A stretch of DNA of 64,000 nucleotides. Origin: Giardia intestinalis (taxonomy: Eukaryota). This document shows, piece after piece, positions 20,201-28,747 of this stretch (the first letter of the stretch is position 1; each line of letters opens with the position of its first letter). The stretch lies in assembly GCA_000002435.2 (NCBI GenBank), contig CM018793.1, one strand, 5' to 3'. The translations under genes and the position numbers were made by a program. The notes under the pieces were generated by a model. It had not been told where the DNA came from. It did no database searches and worked only from the letters and a program-made list of their open reading frames with translations.

Positions 20201-23200
20201 TCGGTAATAGGGTCGCGGCATTGCGCTACCAAACACTCTGCTGCCCAAAAGACATCGTTGAGTGTCTTGAGTTGTATAGAGTGGGACCTGAGATCTACAA
20301 AGTGGTGTTCAAACACAGAGAGGCAGGAAGAACAGAGACACGTAACATTATATTCCTTGAGAAACGTGTGTCTCTGTCTCACCATTGCCGCAATGTGGAA
20401 TGTCGAAAAATATCGCGTGCTAACGTTACTGCTTTTAAGAGCCTCTACCATGCACTCCCGGGACTCTTTGTTCAACTCACTGAATAGGATATTAAAGTGG
20501 TCGGTGGGATCAATATCATGGATTGTCAGCGACTTGTCGGGTGTTGCTCTTTTCTGTTCCACTACACCAGGGCTTAGCATATTTGCCACATTCGTTGATC
20601 CTCCAGTTTCATCCTTATTATCCCTCAAGCTGTGGTTCATGATATCGGCTTTTTCTGAGGTTGACGAATATAGCTCCACGATTCCGGGGAGCAGTGAAGT
20701 TTGGGTAAGTGATGCAGAATAGTTTAGTGACATAACTAAGTGCTGAGCCAATTCTGGTCGTGTATCTTGCTTGATGAGTTGCTTGATTGGCTTCCAAAGA
20801 CTGTCCGTCCGACCAGTTGATAGATTTAATGACGCCATTATATAAAGCCCTAGATCTGTTGATGATAGTACTCCGATCGCAGCAACCGCCCCCAAAGATA
20901 GATTTGCTTTGTAATTTTCCTTTGAGAGTAGCCCTTCATCCTTAGAGGCACTGTCTAAGATGTCATACAGTACCGAAGCAAGCCTTGACTTTCTAATTAA
21001 CGCAATACCTTCCGGGTGGCGCACTAGTAAAGAGAGCATGCCTATGCAAGTTCTGCAGATGTACAGTGTATACTCTGTTACTGGTAGTTCAAATAGAGCG
21101 CCTAACTTAAGGTCGCTGCACTGCTTGTACAGCTCTAAACTCTGCATTTCGGAGCTATCCTGATCTCCACCGATGGATTGCAACAGTAAAGTAGACGGTG
21201 CGGACCCGGGTGTGTACCCAGCAACGATAGGAACAAGCGACTTTGACCCAGCGGCCCCGGTCCTTTCTTCGGTAAATCCTTCTGGTAAGTTAGCCATGGT
21301 TATCGAAGTAGCGGCATCAAGATTGAGCTTCTTGTAGTTAGCACGCTTCAATTTCTGTATCGAGTCATGAGATTGCTTTATAGTTCCATCCATGAAGCTA
21401 AGAATATTTTCAAAAATGGGTGTTACCTTGGTCCACACAGACTTAACTTCTGCCTGTGTTTCTCCTGCATGCCCGAACTGATTGCTGAGGAAACCAATGA
21501 GTGCCGATATTGAGTTCCATCCCCAGTAGCTGGGATAATCGCTGAGTTCTCCTGACTTGAGAAAAGAGTCAATACGAAAGTAATAGAAATCAAAACCAGT
21601 CTTGCACTCAACGGACGAAATCCCTACTCTTAGGCCGCCCTTTGTTGAGGTAAGGTGTACAAACAATTTTTGAATGGCTTGGTCTAAATAGTTAAGACGA
21701 ATTCTATACAATTCTAGATTGATGTGAAGTATTCGCTCCTTCAACATTTTCTTAGCAAACCCGTTGTCATTGATTGCAATGTATGTCTTTATTATATCTG
21801 AAAACTTCAGTTTAGAACGCGTCTCCACAAGCTGACGCAATCGTTCAAACAGACTATCTTCTGAAAGGTTATTTCCATGCCGCTCGAGCTCCTTTTCATG
21901 TATGTAATGGTGAAGGTCAATTTGCTGCTGAGAAAGATTAATCTGATTGACATACTGATTAAAGTATCCTTGAGTAAACACAAATTCGTACATCTCTGCA
22001 TAAATAGAGATCGAGCGCTGGAAATTTAAGAAGGAATTGTATGCAAGAGAGCCTGAGCTGGAGCCTGACCACAGCCTAGAAAGCCCTGTGGTGTTGAGAT
22101 TGGCCTTGCTCTTTTCACACAAGTTGCCAATATAATAGCTGATTAGACTGGATAAAGAGATGATAGGATTAGAGTAAGTTCTTGGGAGTAGCTGGACACA
22201 CTTAGACAGGAAGAGCGTGAGCAGCATGAGAGCAGGTCCGTATGACATAGAGGAATCGGACATTAGCTCCCAGCAGAGCACCTCAACGAGCCCAGCTCTG
22301 GCTAGTGTTATTAAGACCCACATCATGTGGTCTGCTGTGATGTCACTATCGGTGTAGCTACCATAGCTAGACGGACAGCCCAGAGAGGCAAGGTATAGCT
22401 CGTCGATAAACAGGAGTTCTAGCAAGTTAAGTTCTGACGTCACCATACCAGAAAATGAGGCACTCATCGTCATGCTAAAGTTAGGACTGATCTCCATTGC
22501 AAGAGCTGCAAGAGCACCATAGTTAGATGAACTGTACATGTACACATCGCCTAGGCCGGGGCATCCCTTACTGCTATAGCTAGAACGCTGAGCAACAGGA
22601 ACCTCCTGGGATTCAATAACGCTATTGGTCTGGGACGATTCATTAACGAAGTTAGATAGGTACCGCAGATGGCTTGGCTGAAGCTGGGCTGAGGTGTTGG
22701 CTTTCTGCTTGCTGCGCAAAGTCGTTGTGCTCGTTAATAGGTTTCCCTTAGTCTCTGCCAGCCGCAGCCCTGCAGTACTCTTTGTCTGTTGAATTCCCAA
22801 CTTGTTTCCTGGGGAGTTTGACAAGCTTAGCTCAGTCAGCGCAATGGCACTTTGAAATCTATGCAATTCCGTACTAGGATATGTTGTACTATTCTTCAGA
22901 GAAAGGAGCTGTGCTGGACTAACAAACTTTTGCATAAACCGAGATTTAAATATACGTTTATCTCCAAGGATATCAAATAAGAGTTCATAGATAGCTCGCT
23001 TTGTCCCATCGAAGTCTTTGAGCGTTAGAAGATTATTCAATACCCCCTTAAGCCCGCACGGCAGAGACAATAAATATAGAAGGCCGGTATGAGTAGATAG
23101 AAGGCAGTACAAAAGATGTTTAGTGATTTCTGTCCGTGACGAAACTCGAACTGTTTTAGAACCGGACTGGTACTCAAAGTTCTGGGGCTGCTTTTTAAGT

Positions 23201-24690
23201 CGCGCATCAACTGCTTCTTGTCGCACACGGCACATATGAGAGATAAGCTTTTTCCCCACTTGGGTTATGGATGCATCTGCATCATTTGCTAGTGCTGTGG
23301 ATGCTCCAAAGCCACCTGCTTTAAGGGAGGACGGACCTGTGTTGAGACTCCTTTGCTTCTTACCGTGAACATCTGTCTTAGCATGCTTATCAGCGGGGTG
23401 GCCTGGTCGCAAACCCTCACTCACAAAAAACATATCCATGGCTCGTTGCTGCGCTCCATTCTTTTGTCTAATCTCTTCATAGAGAGCAGATTCCCTTTTT
23501 TGTAACTCTTCAATCTGTGCTGACAGGCCAGTGTACTTCTCTATATATGCAGTTTTTGCGGATTGAATCTGCACCAGCTTACTCTCTAACTCTGCTCTCT
23601 TATGATCTTCAATTTGATGAGAATGCTGAGCTGATAGGAGGTCTTTCCGTGTAGTGATCTCCAATTGATGTTTAGAGCTATCATCACCGAGAGTATTTAG
23701 AATTTTCTGATAATTGTGGACAATATGTGACAAATTGCGTATAGAGTTGTTGGTGGAATCGAGCTCTTCGGAAAGTGCAAGCATCATATCGGAAGTGTTC
23801 TGGATTGCTTTTTCAATTGTCTGTCTATTGGACTCCAAAATCCTGAGCTTTAGGGCAACATCATCAAGGTCTCTCTGTATGTCTTCTGCTTCACGTAAAT
23901 ACTCGGTATTGGAGGGTCTATTCTGAGTCTCCTCATCATCATCAGGTATCTCCGTCTTCGTGCATAACGGAACAAGGAGTCTATCTACGTTGTGCTTTAT
24001 TTTTGTGTCCTCTTCAGGGGTTCTTTTGGAGGATATGAGCCTCAGAATAACGGCAGAATTAATATACACTTCGTTAATTCTTTCAGGCTCAGTCAGTTGG
24101 TCAAAGAATACGCGCATGGCAGGCTCTGAATTACTAACTCCATATATAACCATCTGCTGGCATAGCGCCATACACTCTAGTTGCAAAGCATCTGCCTTAT
24201 CCGTGGCAATCGACGCTACGGCATTGATTATTGCTGTAGAAATACCCTTGGGGTCAACCGATATCATAGCGCCTATGCAATCTGTTAGACAGGTGTCTTC
24301 TGTGCTGTGATCTAGACTGTGTATTTCCAAGTGCCGCGCCATTAGAATCTGGCATCCATTCCGCAAAAGGCGTCGGGGAACCTTAGATCCTTCGAAGCAC
24401 AATGCGGTGATAAGCTTAAAAAGCGCTCTTTGAGTAAGACGGTACTGGGTTAACATCAGCGTCCTTATAGCTATGGAAATCTCAGTGGCTGCCTTATTTA
24501 TCTGGTTCTGCAAGTCCTTTGCTGCCGCAGCAGACCTCGTCATCTCCATGGATATGTACTCTATCAAGACGGCAATAGCGTCTGGGAGGACACGAAAATG
24601 CCGGACATTTTCTTCGTATTGCTCAAAGTGTGTGGCATACTGGATCAACGGAGTAAAGTTCTGTTCAAATGGAGTTAGATCATAAGTCAT
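17287..24690 (-). CDS. Very large (~2,468 aa) protein, probably a Rictor-like TORC2 scaffold
   Basis: Three collinear blocks resemble conserved Rictor regions. 'LPCGLKGVLNNLL...KRAIYELLFDILGDKRIF' resembles 'CIPNMEIRRGLLEVLYDIFRLP' in RICTOR_N. 'CIGMLSLLVRHPEGIALIRKSRLASVLYDIL' resembles 'FIGTLSCHPHGVKMLEKCSVFQCLLNL' in RICTOR_M. 'LVMSLNYSASL' resembles 'LTVSSLDYSRDGL'. 'YRASLWSIAFIAQSEAGFKEII' resembles 'KASLWALGNIGSSNWGLNLL' in RICTOR_V. There is an N-terminal coiled-coil insertion. The ORF-track start at 24702 is TTG. The first ATG is at 24690 and is preceded by 'ttgtaaattatttggg'. Confidence 0.6.
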   Translation of the reverse strand: MTYDLTPFEQNFTPLIQYATHFEQYEENVRHFRVLPDAIAVLIEYISMEMTRSAAAAKDLQNQINKAATEISIAIRTLMLTQYRLTQRALFKLITALCFEGSKVPRRLLRNGCQILMARHLEIHSLDHSTEDTCLTDCIGAMISVDPKGISTAIINAVASIATDKADALQLECMALCQQMVIYGVSNSEPAMRVFFDQLTEPERINEVYINSAVILRLISSKRTPEEDTKIKHNVDRLLVPLCTKTEIPDDDEETQNRPSNTEYLREAEDIQRDLDDVALKLRILESNRQTIEKAIQNTSDMMLALSEELDSTNNSIRNLSHIVHNYQKILNTLGDDSSKHQLEITTRKDLLSAQHSHQIEDHKRAELESKLVQIQSAKTAYIEKYTGLSAQIEELQKRESALYEEIRQKNGAQQRAMDMFFVSEGLRPGHPADKHAKTDVHGKKQRSLNTGPSSLKAGGFGASTALANDADASITQVGKKLISHMCRVRQEAVDARLKKQPQNFEYQSGSKTVRVSSRTEITKHLLYCLLSTHTGLLYLLSLPCGLKGVLNNLLTLKDFDGTKRAIYELLFDILGDKRIFKSRFMQKFVSPAQLLSLKNSTTYPSTELHRFQSAIALTELSLSNSPGNKLGIQQTKSTAGLRLAETKGNLLTSTTTLRSKQKANTSAQLQPSHLRYLSNFVNESSQTNSVIESQEVPVAQRSSYSSKGCPGLGDVYMYSSSNYGALAALAMEISPNFSMTMSASFSGMVTSELNLLELLFIDELYLASLGCPSSYGSYTDSDITADHMMWVLITLARAGLVEVLCWELMSDSSMSYGPALMLLTLFLSKCVQLLPRTYSNPIISLSSLISYYIGNLCEKSKANLNTTGLSRLWSGSSSGSLAYNSFLNFQRSISIYAEMYEFVFTQGYFNQYVNQINLSQQQIDLHHYIHEKELERHGNNLSEDSLFERLRQLVETRSKLKFSDIIKTYIAINDNGFAKKMLKERILHINLELYRIRLNYLDQAIQKLFVHLTSTKGGLRVGISSVECKTGFDFYYFRIDSFLKSGELSDYPSYWGWNSISALIGFLSNQFGHAGETQAEVKSVWTKVTPIFENILSFMDGTIKQSHDSIQKLKRANYKKLNLDAATSITMANLPEGFTEERTGAAGSKSLVPIVAGYTPGSAPSTLLLQSIGGDQDSSEMQSLELYKQCSDLKLGALFELPVTEYTLYICRTCIGMLSLLVRHPEGIALIRKSRLASVLYDILDSASKDEGLLSKENYKANLSLGAVAAIGVLSSTDLGLYIMASLNLSTGRTDSLWKPIKQLIKQDTRPELAQHLVMSLNYSASLTQTSLLPGIVELYSSTSEKADIMNHSLRDNKDETGGSTNVANMLSPGVVEQKRATPDKSLTIHDIDPTDHFNILFSELNKESRECMVEALKSSNVSTRYFSTFHIAAMVRQRHTFLKEYNVTCLCSSCLSVFEHHFVDLRSHSIQLKTLNDVFWAAECLVAQCRDPITEIAICALIALEELSSEKNVLILEYIVSLKPSFVTYGRIGEVLIERLASCPAGLHYIKDEKNILMPLLEYWANGLAPAMEWTLNLEARIYSNIDLGIAQNYSLPAFFQEKIPYRVRGDAASLTFYKADELMYDHLVMPHHTRLGRSSLYLPYSSIDMPPAFRELFIANTGQIREKDTASSTSIGFERPASALSFLTTEAMTGRLNKGMSNPCGFFSDYMNQYNGPDSSHRNRVSNILPTHLRPCLLAELAKTPQGCELIIKTGIFKTIMEILLNPVENRFTLQYRASLWSIAFIAQSEAGFKEIIAKASLDPSCNYLRQDSISISNETLDGNDDESIHSVYTCHSVASSFITAGEQSGVTNWNPINSMTNAFGGTGLISNIPGYQLTGLSLGDAPMLSTRGKLMHTVCSHRGGTISNIFNKTSCSTSHLYETSSQCSASNESFIHYKHDWKFPPLLLHLLHNLAIFSDSYKVKQTATLCISHCCLNARIRSYFVDKLGWEVTRLSRSGESYGCLPPVELFDTFYRAKLLSNEEVETFIMTPLRSIHSSHTTMTQTEGVSVANSHARGTPHEDNHHAGGRSHNMLMDTSLHIANMAGANINIGMSIASSLNFRERMPVHQQSSSALSLNITDEKMEEIKTLLKYTTTTTSPLPVELSSDSAVDYIWLNLENIYDKDFVLRTFKLEERYKALGLIEVPQKDENDQPKKLQSTPTNELDTPVKTPLHIMATRGTARIKGMRLMQADSYVTNPRAYLPCGCTAGIIISKASIDARLQQPTSQMVPSGQLLTAASLTDRFQALCRKFIGSLPKEVAFYLMHDNDNEDIINAFIQQISIEGAKIQRRNKKFAHANELVVISSLRSGERLNVFESQILMYCNYLLSAYEPDVQQASTAIGILVDNSMPYRNPNIDYCKADNVPRDSFFLVISQILATWPLLPIARRALLKVCDRPTLRTLKVLDSLSTFAEDIEMTGLA

Positions 24691-24749
24691 AGACCTACCC
24701 AAATAATTTACAAGGGTGAGCTAGGTAGAGAGTTAATTCTCTTGAGATT

Positions 24750-26399
24750 CTAGTCTTGGGATTCTAGTGCAGTGCAGAGGGCGCTGGTAAACTTATCATG
24801 AAAGTAACGGGCAGAGTATGTGTCTGCGGTCCAGCCGTTTATGTCGACCATTGAGCCTTCATCTATCAGAAGCGGTATGCACTCTACGTTGCCTTTCATT
24901 GCCGCATACATTAGTGCCGTACGCTGCTGCCTATCCTGCATCATTTTCTGTGTCGGAGCATACTTCTTGACCGCCTCGATGTCGTTGCAAAAGGAGGCCA
25001 CCATCAGGTCAGTCATTCCGATTAACTCTCGCTCCTTAGAGGATCGCATAAGAAGCTGTGCCGAGTTATAGAAGGCTAGCTGCAAAGCAATGTTGAGCGC
25101 GGTATCCTCGAACTCAGTCTTCAAGCCCGCCTCCTCCATGCAGAGAGAGACCAATTCTGTGTTATCACTTTGCAGAGCAGTCATCAGGGCGGTGGATCCA
25201 TCCTTCCTGACAATGAGCTTTTCATACGGAAACAAGCGGGTGGCTATATCCAAAAGACCGAGAGAAGTGGCGATAATGAGCGCCGTAGTGCCAAGATTGT
25301 CTTGCTTACGGGCTTCCTTAGAAATAAGGAGATCGACGGCTTCTCGACAGTTAGCCTCGACAGCAAACATAAGGGCAGTCTTCCCTGTTGAGCTTTGCAT
25401 TTCTGCTTCATGACTTATTAGTTCCTTGATCACATCTATATGCCCAGCCTGTGTTGCAAACATGAGGGCTGTCATGCCTTGGTTATCCCTTATGCCTTTC
25501 TCCTTTGGTATCAGCAGCCTGACCCCATTGAGGTCTCCGGCTCGAGCAGCAATCATCAGTGCTGTACGGCCCTCTGCGTTTGCCCAACTAGAGATCTTCG
25601 GTATCAAGGCTGCAGACTGGGCGACGGTTCCGGATAATGCAGCGAACATTAACGCAGTGTTATCGTTATCGTCAACATACTGAGCTTCATGTTTTGTGAG
25701 AATGTTAATGGCATCTGTACTCCCCTTCTTAGAGGCCCTCATCAACGCAGTTAGGAATCCATTGTCGCGCATGCCCACCTCCTTGAGCAAAAGACTCACG
25801 ATGCCACCATGATTATGTATGGCTGCAAACATTAGTGCTGTTATGCCACTGTTGTTCCGCATCTTTAGCTCATGTTTAACGAGAATCTTCACACACTCTA
25901 TGTGCCCAGCCAGCGCTGCAAACATCAATGCCGTCATGCCACCAGCCGCCTGACATTTTGCATACTGAATATACTGATGCACCGCTGCAACGTTGCCAAC
26001 GAACGACTCCCACATGAGGGGAGTGATCTTTGCCTTGGCCTGCTCAAGAGGGTAGAGCACCTCTGCTATCTTATGCTGTCTGTGCTGCATTGCAAGTTCT
26101 AAAGCAGTCATCCCATTGTCTGCGCTAATATTGACCTCATTCGAGAGGCACTGAAGGATTTCCACGGATCCCTTTTCAGTGGAATACATCAGCGCTGTGT
26201 AGCCCCTGCGGTCTCTCATGGTGGACTCATGAGGTGCAAGCAGTGAAACAGCGCCCAAGTGCCCGTGTGATGCCGAAATCATAAGTGCTGTGGTACCAGC
26301 AGCCGTAGCCTTTCGGTGACAATTTGTGAGACGGCGCAGGACAGCGACGTCTCCTGTCTCTGCAGCAGACATATAGGCCTGAAAGGCATCGTCCGTCAT
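24750..26399 (-). CDS. Ankyrin-repeat protein (Giardia 'Protein 21.1'-type), 549 aa
   Basis: Almost entirely tandem ANK repeats (G.TALM.AA..GH...V..L...). ATG at 26399. Confidence 0.8.
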   Translation of the reverse strand: MTDDAFQAYMSAAETGDVAVLRRLTNCHRKATAAGTTALMISASHGHLGAVSLLAPHESTMRDRRGYTALMYSTEKGSVEILQCLSNEVNISADNGMTALELAMQHRQHKIAEVLYPLEQAKAKITPLMWESFVGNVAAVHQYIQYAKCQAAGGMTALMFAALAGHIECVKILVKHELKMRNNSGITALMFAAIHNHGGIVSLLLKEVGMRDNGFLTALMRASKKGSTDAINILTKHEAQYVDDNDNTALMFAALSGTVAQSAALIPKISSWANAEGRTALMIAARAGDLNGVRLLIPKEKGIRDNQGMTALMFATQAGHIDVIKELISHEAEMQSSTGKTALMFAVEANCREAVDLLISKEARKQDNLGTTALIIATSLGLLDIATRLFPYEKLIVRKDGSTALMTALQSDNTELVSLCMEEAGLKTEFEDTALNIALQLAFYNSAQLLMRSSKERELIGMTDLMVASFCNDIEAVKKYAPTQKMMQDRQQRTALMYAAMKGNVECIPLLIDEGSMVDINGWTADTYSARYFHDKFTSALCTALESQD

Positions 26400-26519
26400 A
26401 GACTACCTTTACCCCTAATAATTACAGGCGATTCAATCAACAAATAGTGCAATTTTTTCAATTTCCTCATTTTTGTGAACTTTTTACAAAAGAATCTGAC
26501 AAACTTTATCAGTGCAGGA

Positions 26520-28691
26520 ATGTTTAACTTCGGAACAAGCTCCTCTTCCACTTTGAATGCCAACCAAGACACAAAGCAGCCGGGCAACTTATCGTTTGGA
26601 AGCCTTAATCTTTCAACCGGAGATTCTCAAGGCTTCAATGTATTTTCATCTTGCATGCCCACGCTGGACATGGTCTTTAAGCGGGACAACGTACAGCCTG
26701 CTAACAACCAACTAGTAGATAGTAATCTTATGTTTGACTTTCGGCAACCTAAAGTCAATAACCCTCCCATTCAGCCTCCAGTGGCCACTTTGGCAATGAC
26801 TTCTGACTCAACTTGTCCAGCAACTCCAGAACCGCAGCCACCTTATGCTTCAGAGCTGTCTTCGGACCCCGCAAGATTAGCAGAATATATATCCAAGTAC
26901 GCCCAGACCGTTGGTTCATCCCTGTCCACCGCAGTCGTAAGGAAAGAAGTCTGCACTAATCCCATCATTAAAAGGTTCTCTCATTCATTAGTATCGTCAG
27001 ATAATTCTCGCGTTTATGGACTGCTTAATACATCCACAGGGGCAACTCTTCTTACCGTTGATATTGCACATAGAAATCAAGTATCCAAACAGAGATTAGA
27101 CATCACTGACTATATAACAGAACTTATTGTAGACCCATTCGATAATAATCTGATACTGTTTTCACAATCTTCTATGATCGTGCATCTTTTGAACCGCTCT
27201 ACTGGAAAAGTTATCAATTCATATTCACACACGTTTTCTTATTATCCCTATTTTTCTCAGCTTCATAGAAAAACATATCTCTTTTTGCTGATGCCGAATG
27301 AAGCCATAGCAGGAATTGCTATTTATATTTTAGATTTAAAGACACAAAATCTCCACCAATGCCCTGTCCCCATCTTCACCTTCGAGTTCCTAGACAAAGA
27401 AGTATGTAGACTAGCTGATAGTGATACGTACTCCTTCTCCAGCACCGATGTCACGCGAGCATACATCTGTCCCTTTGGAGCCTCAACAGATTGCCTAAAT
27501 ATGTCCTCATCAAATCAGCTACCTCAGTCTCAGTCATTTCTATTCGAGGAATCTGTCTTTTATGTCGGTCTAGAACTTTTGCTTCCTTCAAATGAAGTCG
27601 CGTTGGTTCACTCAATGGTAGGCCCTATTCTACTAGAACCGATTAAGCAGCGTATAGCCTCGCTATCAAAGATCAAGGCAAGCGACTCCATCAAGATGAT
27701 ATCTTCAGATAACTTTTCCGTCGATTTTTATCTGGTTCAGCAGATCCAGTCACTCGTCATTTCCAGCGAAGAACCTAAGCACCTCATCGGCATCATTCCA
27801 GTGGCTGTATGCTCCTTAGATGATGACGTTTATAGTCATTTCTTTCTGTGCATGAGCTGGGCAGGTAAGCAAACGTCGGCTTCTCTATATGAGCTTTGCG
27901 GGGCCGAAAACTTTTTGTATGAATGCAACAATCCCATCACAATTTCACTCCAGGATGCACTGTGTTCTTACAAAGACGAGGCCATCTGCATCCATCGTGT
28001 GACCGCGTTCAGAAGCTCTTTCAATACTAACGGAATTGGCGCCAAAATCCTTCTACTGGGTACTAAAACGATTGAGGACACGCTGCACGAGTTCACTGTG
28101 ACAGTTTTCAATGTTGCGAGTGCCTCCTTGGAAGAAACTGCAGTTACCATCCAGGGAGATTTCCCCGTCCTGCTTGGGTATGACCCTACCCATCATTTTA
28201 TTCTTTGTGCATCGGGAACCCTTGCATCGATATCTATCTTACGCATGACCTCTCAGCCTCCTGTTGCTTATGATCCTCTTGTGTTCAACCACTCTACCAC
28301 TCAAATGTCAACATCGTTACCTCAACAGACCACGAACTGGCTGTCTCGACTCTCGGCTAACAAGCTCTTTGAAGAGTCCCTGGCATATCTTAAAAGTACC
28401 CCTGTCACCCAGATAGACCCCGACACCTTGAACGCCAAATTGACGTCCCTTAATGAGGTTATTATTGCAGTACTTTCTCATTCTTTTCCGGGAGAATCGT
28501 CATTGATAAAAGCTCTCTTGAAAACAACCGAAAGTTTACTCGGACAGATCTTCAAAAATAACAATCTTCTATTGCAAGCAATGCAACAGATTGATACGAA
28601 CCTTGTGCAATTATCCTGTGAATGCATCTCTAACAGTAGCAGTATAGTAACAAAGAGTACTAACGACGATACCATAAGCAGCTACCTCTAA
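26520..28691 (+). CDS. Hypothetical protein with an FG-motif-rich N-terminus (MFNFGTSSSS...SFGSLNLSTGDSQGFNVFSS). This is speculative: possible FG-nucleoporin-like.
   Basis: The ORF-track start at 26475 is GTG. The first ATG is at 26520. FNFG, SFG and GFNVF motifs fall within the first 45 aa and are followed by a large ordered domain. Confidence 0.6.
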   Translation: MFNFGTSSSSTLNANQDTKQPGNLSFGSLNLSTGDSQGFNVFSSCMPTLDMVFKRDNVQPANNQLVDSNLMFDFRQPKVNNPPIQPPVATLAMTSDSTCPATPEPQPPYASELSSDPARLAEYISKYAQTVGSSLSTAVVRKEVCTNPIIKRFSHSLVSSDNSRVYGLLNTSTGATLLTVDIAHRNQVSKQRLDITDYITELIVDPFDNNLILFSQSSMIVHLLNRSTGKVINSYSHTFSYYPYFSQLHRKTYLFLLMPNEAIAGIAIYILDLKTQNLHQCPVPIFTFEFLDKEVCRLADSDTYSFSSTDVTRAYICPFGASTDCLNMSSSNQLPQSQSFLFEESVFYVGLELLLPSNEVALVHSMVGPILLEPIKQRIASLSKIKASDSIKMISSDNFSVDFYLVQQIQSLVISSEEPKHLIGIIPVAVCSLDDDVYSHFFLCMSWAGKQTSASLYELCGAENFLYECNNPITISLQDALCSYKDEAICIHRVTAFRSSFNTNGIGAKILLLGTKTIEDTLHEFTVTVFNVASASLEETAVTIQGDFPVLLGYDPTHHFILCASGTLASISILRMTSQPPVAYDPLVFNHSTTQMSTSLPQQTTNWLSRLSANKLFEESLAYLKSTPVTQIDPDTLNAKLTSLNEVIIAVLSHSFPGESSLIKALLKTTESLLGQIFKNNNLLLQAMQQIDTNLVQLSCECISNSSSIVTKSTNDDTISSYL

Positions 28692-28747
28692 TCGCTCACG
28701 GTTTTGTGGCTATAGTCAGCATACATGACTGATGCACCTACATGCTT

